Origin: Octopus vulgaris
Taxonomy: Eukaryota
Length of the DNA stretch: 64,000 bases
Direction of reading: 5' to 3'
NCBI GenBank assembly: GCA_951406725.2
Contig: OX597829.1
Location: forward strand, 10,292,001-10,356,000
The notes beneath the pieces were generated by a model. That model made no database searches and had not been told where the DNA came from. It worked only from the letters and a program-made list of their open reading frames with translations. The first letter of the stretch is position 1. Each line of letters starts with the position of its first letter. The translations under genes were made by a program, and so were the position numbers. Below, piece by piece: positions 55,568 to 64,000 of the stretch.

Positions 55568-57692
55568 GTTGGTTGGTTGGCATCCTTTTTGTCTCGGGAG
55601 ACAATGGAGTTGCGCATAAAATAGTCTACTCCGGCTTTTACATTTCATGTCCTGATACATTTCCTGCTGTGGCTGTGTAGTCCTATCCTGGACAAACACT
55701 TCCTCTGGCAGGTACCGCAAATGTAGCGAAGACTGTTCCTGGCTGGTTGTAATGTCATAGTTTCTTGTTGACGTCTTTTCTTGTCTTTCCATTTCTCCTC
55801 TCTCTCTCTCTCTGTCACTACTTTGTATTCCCTCGCCAATCTCCACGGTTGCTGGCAATTGCTTACCAATTGCTAATATTGATGTTGCAGGCCTTCATGT
55901 CCCTTTTGCAAACATCATTGTAACGTAAGATCGGTCTACCTACAGACCTAGTACCCCTAGCAAGCTCTCCGTAGAGTATGTCCTTGGGGATTCTGCCATC
56001 TTGCATACGGCTAACATGCCCAAGCCATCTCATACGTCTTTGTGTGAGGAGTGCAAACATGCTTGGTATTCCTGCTTGCTTGAGGACATCTTTGTTGGGG
56101 ATATGATTCTGCCATTTGATGCGAAGGATTTTCCGGAGGCAGCGCAGGTGAAAGATGTTTAGGTGACGCTCTTGGCGTGTGTATGGCGTCCAAGTCTCAC
56201 TCCCATACAGTAGAGTGCTAAGTACACATGCCTGGTAGATCTTTATTTTCGTGGTCTTGGTCAGCTTATTGTTGTCCCATGCCCGTTTGGAGAGTTGGGC
56301 CATCGCAGCAGCTGCCTTGCCAATGCGTATATTGAGTTCAGCGTCAAGGGATAGGTTGTAGGTGACGGTAGTGCCAAGATAGGTAAACGTCTCTACGTCC
56401 AGTAATCTGTGGTCTCCAATATGTATGTTTGGGATGTCCGATGTAGCCTGACACATGATGTTGGTCTTCTTTAGGCTGATATCTAAGCCAAAGTCGTTAC
56501 ATGCTTGCTCAAAACATTTAATGAGCCTTTGGAGGGCTTCTGTGTGTGATACCAGAGCGGCATCATTAGCAAATAGCATCTCCTTGATCAGGACGCTTCT
56601 GATTTTGGTCTTGGCACGCAGGTGCGAGAGATTGAACAGTTTCCCGTCACTTCTACTGTGCAGAAACACTCCATCATCTGATATTTCAAAGGCATGTGAC
56701 AGCAACAGCGAGAAGAAGATGTCAAATAATGTAGGAGCGAGGACACAACCTTGCTTTACCCCGTTTTTTATTTGGAAGGCGGCTTATGTTGAACCATTGT
56801 GCTGTATGGTACTTTGCATATCATCATGGAAAGACTTGATAATCCTCAACAGCTTTGGTGGACATCCGATTTTTGGAGCAGGATGAAGAGGCCTTTTCTA
56901 CTTACCGAGTCAAAGGCCTTTGTCAGATCAATGAAGGCCATATATAATGGCATTTTCTACTCTCTGGACTTCTCCTGAAGTTGGCGTATGGAGAATATCA
57001 TGTCAATAGTTAATCTGCTTCTTCTAAAGCCACACTGCGATTCCGGATAGATTCGAGAAGCAAGTATTTGTAGTCTGGCAAGGATAACGCGAGCAAAGGT
57101 CTTTCCAACAGTGCTTAGAAGAGATATTCCACGGTAATTGTTACAATCACCACGGTCACCTTTGTTTTTGTAAAGCTTAATGATGTTAGCATCCCGCATA
57201 TCCTGAGGGACTGTACCCTCTTCCCAGCACTGACACAGAAGCTCATGAAGGTGCCGAAGCAGGATGGTGTTTTGGCCGGCTTTGAGGATCTCTGAGGGGA
57301 TGCCGTCTTTTCCCGGAGCCTTGTTACTTGCTAGGGAGTCAATAGCCTTGGTGATCTCTTCTATAGATGGTAGACTGTCAAGTTCACACACAACTGGCAA
57401 GATCTTGACACCCTCGATTGCAGCCTCAGCTACTGTACTCCCGTGAGTAGAGATTCTGGTAGTGCTCCACCCATCTATCCATTTGCTTGCTTTGATCCCT
57501 GATGGGATCTCCAGTAGTTGATTTCAGAGGGGCTGACTTGGTTGCGGATGGACCGAGGACCTTCTTCAAACCGGCATACATCCCACGGGTGTCGCCCCTG
57601 TCAGCAGCTGACTGGATACTCTGACAGATTTCCTGCCAATACCTCTTTGCACAGCGTCTGGCTGTCAGTTGGGTTTTATTTCTTGCCTTTCT
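55568..57692 (-). mobile_element. 5'-truncated RTE (BovB-like) LINE
   Basis: KAPGKDGIP, NNYRGISLLS, PESQCGFR, DLTKAFDSV, VKQGCVLAP, MLFANDAAL, LLYGSETW, RWLGHVSRM and a C-terminal C2H2. (CAAC)n tail. A few frameshifts. Confidence 0.9.
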
Positions 57693-57725
57693 GAGTATAT
57701 ATATGTATATGCATATACATGTATA

Positions 57726-57789
<64 letters not shown>

Positions 57790-59013
57790 ACATATATATA
57801 TATATATATATGTATATACATACAAACATACACACGGTCACACACTGTGTATATGTTTGTGTATGTATATATTTACATTTTATGCATGTACATTCCATTT
57901 ACGTAGATGTTTATGTGTCTTTTTTTACCTTTATGAAGCGTACACACACACCCATTCATACATGCGTACAGAAAGGGTAAGAGACGGGGAGAGAGAGTGA
58001 CGGAGAGAAAGAGTGAGAAAGAGAGAGAGAGAGATGAGGTTGTATGTGCGTGCGTGCAGAGATTTATTTCAAGAAACTTAACATGTGTCTGCACAGTATT
58101 TTTTGAAACGGAACACGTGACTTCCCAATGTAGAGTTATTTATTGGGCTTCGCCTAAAAGGATTCAAAATACTTCTCTCTCTTTCTCCTCTCTCTCTCTT
58201 TATCTCTCTTTGTCTCATTCTGTCACTCTGTCATAAACACGCATACTCACACGCGTACCACACACATTACGTATATGTATGTATGTATGAATGTAAGTAT
58301 GTATATATGTATGTATGTATGTATGTATGCATGTGTGTATGTATGTATGTATGTATGTATGTGTGTGTGTGTATGTATGTATGTATGTATGCATGTATGT
58401 ATGTACGTATGTATGTATGTATGTATGTATGTGTGTTTGTTTGTATGTATGTATGTATGTATGTATGTATGTATGTATGTATGTGTGTGTATGTATGTAT
58501 GTATGTATGTATGTATGTATGTATGTATGTATGTATGTATGTATGTGTGTATGTATGTACGCCATTCACTCATTTCCAAATGATTTTTCCTATGTTTGTT
58601 TAAACAATATCTAAACATTTAATTATAGTATTTCGGTCTGTTTTATTTTCATTTATTTGCGAAAGTAACGAACTTTCCAGCCTTCCTTTATCAAGCTTAG
58701 AATATTCTGTAGCAGTGATTTAAATCTAAAAGAGATGTGATCTTTTAAACCTAATGACTAGGTGTAGATATAAGAGCGTAGTTGAGACAAACTAATTCCT
58801 ACTTGTTAAGAATGGTAATTAAGCACAAGAACTAATCGACAAAGCTTCTGTAAGTTGGCTGAAGTGTGCAGACTTTTTCGGTCTACGTTCTTTCTATGTG
58901 ATATTTATCTCTTTTTAACAGCACCGAACTGGAATCATCCGCCTACTCTGCATTCCTCAATTGAATCAAATTGACATTGTCAATAATTAATTTTTTAAAG
59001 ACATTCACACGTT

Positions 59014-59118
<105 letters not shown>

Positions 59119-59712
59119 GTATAATATATATGTACACACATTCATACATACAGACTTACATATATGTACATGTATGTGTGTGTTCGTGTATATGCATGCA
59201 AGCACGTATTTATATGGATGTATATACACATATAATGTGTATACATATAATTGTACATAAACATATGCATGTATTCATTTATGTAAGAGGCAAGGTATAT
59301 TTGTAAGCGTAAGAGAAACAAACATATGTACATAAAGACATCTACTCACATATGCATCACGTATGTGTGTGTATGTCCGCTCACGCATATGCATGTATGC
59401 GTGTATAACGCATGCACACGTGTATATATATATAAATACACATACAAATACAAACCTACGTTTCTATACACATATATTTATGCATGTTTCAAAGCATGGT
59501 TGCATTTGTGTATACTCTTATACGTACGTGTGGATATGCATGCATCGTGCATATATATATGCATGTATATATATATATATATATATATACATATATGTTT
59601 GTATAAATAGATATATACAAAACGTACATGCATATGTATACATAAATTCACACATAATACACATACATATATGTATATATATGCATACATACACACAGTC
59701 ATATATACATGT

Positions 59713-59768
<56 letters not shown>

Positions 59769-59947
59769 GTATATATATTATAGTATACATGTACATATAT
59801 GTATCATAATATACATGTATATACATATATATACAAATATATATGTGTATGCATATTATATGTATGTATATATATATATTATATTATACATATATATCTT
59901 CCTACACAAACATACACACATACACACACAGATATATATAAATATAA

Positions 59948-61567
59948 AAAACTTAGATAAAACTTAGATATGTTTCGACCAAAGATTGGTCCACGCCATG
60001 TCTAACTTAATAGCACCACCTCATAGGATTATCTAAATCCTGTTTAAGTCAAGTTTTGTTCAAGTTTTGTTTGTGGTCCATTCAAGTAGTGAGTTTTTGT
60101 TGGGTGAGTTGTATCCAATTATGGGTGGCTTATCTGGTATTCCTTGAAGGAATCTATCCAGACTCCGTTTAAAGTTGATGGGATCCTTTTCCTCTTTGAT
60201 CTTTTTCGGGACAATGTTAAATAGGGCAGGGCCTGTTGAGGAAAAGAAATTATGTTGCAGTGTACATATATGCTGTGGTCCTGAATTGGGCACGGGACGT
60301 ATGGCCCGTGGTCCCAGTCTTGGATGAACCTTGAAGCTAATGTTCAGGTCGTTTGGGCAAAGTTGGCGGTGCATTCTCCACATTGTGCAAATGATGTACC
60401 GCTCACGGCGACGCTGGAGAGAGTAGAGTTTCAAGGCTTTAAGGCGGTCCCAATAATCGAGAGCAGCCATGCCTTCAATTCGTTTAGTGAGTGCTCTCTG
60501 GGGTGATTCAATCCTCAAGATGCTTTGTCTTGTATGGGGAGATTACAGTGAGCAGCAGTATTCGAGGTGTGGCCGTACAAAGGAGGAGAAAAGTGGTATG
60601 ATGACACCTTGTTCTCTGGACCGGAAGGTTCTTAAGGTCCAGGAACTCATCCTACAAGCTGTATCGACCTTATTGTTGATGTGTGCACTCCAACTGAGAT
60701 CGTCATCAACAATTACGCCCATGTCTCTGATATTGTTAGAGACTGTGAGCGGTTCCCCTGAAGGAAGAGAGTATGGCTGTTTTAGTGAGGAATTTCTTCC
60801 AAAATGCATCAGCCCAAATTTTCCCTCGTTCAGTTGCATTTTGTTTCTGTCTGCCCATTGACTCACAGCATATAGATCAGACTGGAGTTGAGTTCGGTCT
60901 GCTTCTTCATTCACGATTTGCTGGAGCTTAGTGTCATCAGAAAATATTTTCCCTTTGCAGTAATGTACGACACTGGAAAGGTCGTTTATATAAATTATAA
61001 AGAAGAGCGGGCCCAAGACAGTCCCCTGGGGGACACCGCTGGTGACTTTTGCTAGGCTTGAGTGGACTCCATCGGCTACAACATGTTGTGTTCTATTTGC
61101 CAGGAAATACTTAATCCAGTGTAGAAGTTTTCCACGGATTCCAACATTTGCCAATTTTGAGAGTAGGATATTATGGTCAACCCTGTCGAATGCTTTACTG
61201 AAGTCAAGATATATGACATCGGACCTCGAACCTGTTCCCAAGGCTTTAAGTATATCTTCAATGTAGTGTAAAAGCCATGCTGATTTGCATTTAGGAGTTT
61301 GCGGGTCTCCAGGAAGTCAGCTATCCTTGATCTTAACACTCTTTCAACCACTTTAATGATGTGGGAGGTGAGTGAGATTGGGCGATAGTTGAGTGCGAGG
61401 GATCTGTTTCCCTGTTTGAAAACCGGGATGACAGACTGTGATAGAAGCTGTTTCGGTATATAACCTGAGTCTAATGAATTTCTCCAGAGGTTGGTCAGAG
61501 GGACTGCAAGTTGGTGTCTACATTCCTTCAGGAGATTAGCAGGGAATCTATCAGGGCCTACAGCAGA
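59948..61567 (-). mobile_element. 5'-truncated CR1-group LINE
   Basis: NYRPISLTS, YLDFSKAFDRVDH, SGVPQGTVLGP, FSDDTKL and RPHLEYC. Tail (atctaagtttt)x2. Confidence 0.9.
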
Positions 61568-61662
<95 letters not shown>

Positions 61663-62741
61663 GCCAGAGATAGGAGGAGAGGGAGAGAGAGAAGATTAAT
61701 ACACACCAATAGAAACATACTGACATACACGCACACGTATATTTACATATACACAGCATAGATAACATGCTATGTATAGTAGGCTATACATACCTACATA
61801 TATACATATATACATACATACATTTATACATACATATATACATACATATATACATACATACCTAGAAGTAAACTTACCTACATATATACAGTCATACAAA
61901 TATACATTCACAGAAATTATATACGCACCCATAAGTACGTATAAATGCATATATACATGCATGCGTATGTGCGCGAATGTATGAAAGGTTACATTCACAG
62001 ATTAGAATGGATGTGTAAGGAAAGCCATCTTATTAAGGCGGGTACGTTGATAGCGGGAACGCTGGGGTAGGATGAACGGCTGTTTGCTGCTTTCGGGTAT
62101 AAAGAATGGGTAAGAAATCTAACTGTTGATTCCACCTAACCTCCCTGACTACGCTTATATGTATATTTATCAATGTGAGAGAATATGTGCTTCAGACAGA
62201 CAGACAGACAGACAGATAGATAGATAGATAGATAGATAAATAGATAGACAGACAGACAGACAGACTGACAGATAGACAGACAGACAGATGGACAGATAGA
62301 TAGATACATACATACATATATACATACATGCATACATACATACCTACCTATCTACATACATACATACACACTCAAATGTATATCTATATATAGTTCCATT
62401 AACAGCTTTTAACATTAATTTCTTAATCAGTTTTCTCGTTCTCTTTAGTTTTGTGGAGCACAAACTTTTCAGCATTGGTCTATAAGTTAACCAATAATCT
62501 CTTGTAGGAATGTAAATTTAGAATCCGGATGGAATGTCTGTAGATTTTTCATTAATTTGACATATATACTTTCTTAATCATTTTATCTTGGACATTATGT
62601 TGGAGAACGTTGGTTAACAGTGCTTAACATAACCTCAACTGCTGTGCACATTTTCTTTCTTCGACTTCACATGATAATATCTTATTTGTTTAGCTTACAT
62701 TTGTTTGAACTGGAACATTTCACCAGTATTGTGTCATATTA

Positions 62742-64000
62742 CACTGGTCAACAAAATGAAACTTTTTTAATCATCAGAGATGCTGATTGACTTTTCTTGG
62801 TTAATTTTTGATGCTGATTACGAATCTGAAGTCCGATTTCCTCCATCAGGTCACATTTTCATATTAATGATACCTGCTGTTTTAACTTATAGGATACGCA
62901 AAGCATGTCTATATAAAGTATATTGAATACAAGATACAATAATTTCATGGCTTTTTATTGCACGAAATTAAAATTATTGTGTACAAATAAGTTAGAATAC
63001 ACTCAAATGCATAACAACTTGAAATCTTTGGGATTTGGACTTTCTATGGTGCTTTGTCTCAGGCTCATCCCTGTATAACATCCAACAGTAGTCAACTAAC
63101 ATTACTGCATTCCCAAATCCTTGATATTGTTGTTTCAACGATGCAATACCTTGATGAAAGTGTTCCTCTTGCACATCAGACACTGCTCCAAGGTTCTCTG
63201 CAAAAAAGTCCAGATGTGAATCAAGGAAATGGACTTTTAGTCACATCCAACAGCCCATTGCAGCGTAGGAGTCTAGAAGACATTTCACTCCATTTCTAAA
63301 TTCTAGAGATCTCTTGTTGCCTAGGAAATTTTCACAGAGCCATTTGAAGGATTCCCAGGCTTTAAGCTCAATCTCATCCAGTGCTGTTAGGAAGTGGTTG
63401 CCCTTCTGGAGTTCTTTTATCTGTGGACCTATGAATACGCCCTCCTTCAGTTTTGCCTCGGTGATTTCTGGAAATTTGGCATATTTCACATATTCAAAAC
63501 CTTTTGACCTTTGCCTGGCAAATGTCTTCACGAATTGTTTCATGAGGTTAAGCTTTATGTGAAGAGGGGGAAGAAGAACATTTTCTGGGTTTAAAAGTGG
63601 CTTACTCTGAACGCTAGAAACCCCCGGCTCATGATTTTCGCAAAGGCCGCTTTGGTTGCACATAGTACTTGTTAGTTGCACGCCTGTCCCATAGGCATAA
63701 AAAGCAACAATATTTTGTGAACCCAGATTGCATTCCCATCAACATTACAATCACCTTCAAGTCTCCACATATTTTCCAGCTGTAGTCTGTATACTTTATG
63801 GCTTTGAGGAGTACTTGCATGTGTTCATAACACTCCTTCGTGTGCACTGAATGTCCTATGGGAATGGATGGTTTCTTATTGCCGTTGTGTAGTAGTACTG
63901 CCTTGAGGCTTCTCTTAGATGAATCAATGAATAAGTGCCATTCGGCTGGAACATGCTCTTGGAACAAACAGCGAAATAACTCATCAGTGTTATTAATGAA
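62742..64000 (-). mobile_element. Chapaev3-like (CMC superfamily) DNA transposon, 3' part, defective
   Basis: WHLFIDSSKRSLKAVLLHNGN, ICGDLKV, CFLCLWD, LLPPLHIKL and KLKEGVFIGPQI. Terminus TTA|CACTGGTCAAC at 62742. Confidence 0.75.

Overview
Eukaryotic, AT-rich, extremely microsatellite-dense DNA. The tRNA-derived SINE families and the repeat texture suggest a cephalopod (octopus) genome; this is inferred, not proven. I found no convincing host protein-coding exon, so the window looks intronic or intergenic. Almost all listed ORFs are either microsatellite translations or fragments of decayed transposons. Those include non-LTR retrotransposons of several clades (R4/Dong, Tx1, CR1-group, an RNase H-bearing I-group element with a 5' inversion, RTE), a hAT element with an 8-bp TSD, a Chapaev3-like transposon, a non-autonomous Helitron, a mariner remnant and many SINEs. 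The most notable signal is a set of short non-coding elements sitting in (TA)n tracts. Two loci carry three well-formed minimal type I hammerhead ribozymes with palindromic stem III. One of these loci (11611-12485) holds two inverted, circularly permuted copies of a ~420-bp unit, as expected for a retrozyme or Penelope pLTR. Related elements carry a shared end motif plus unrelated long hairpins. Two small non-repetitive islands carry dense transcription-factor motifs.
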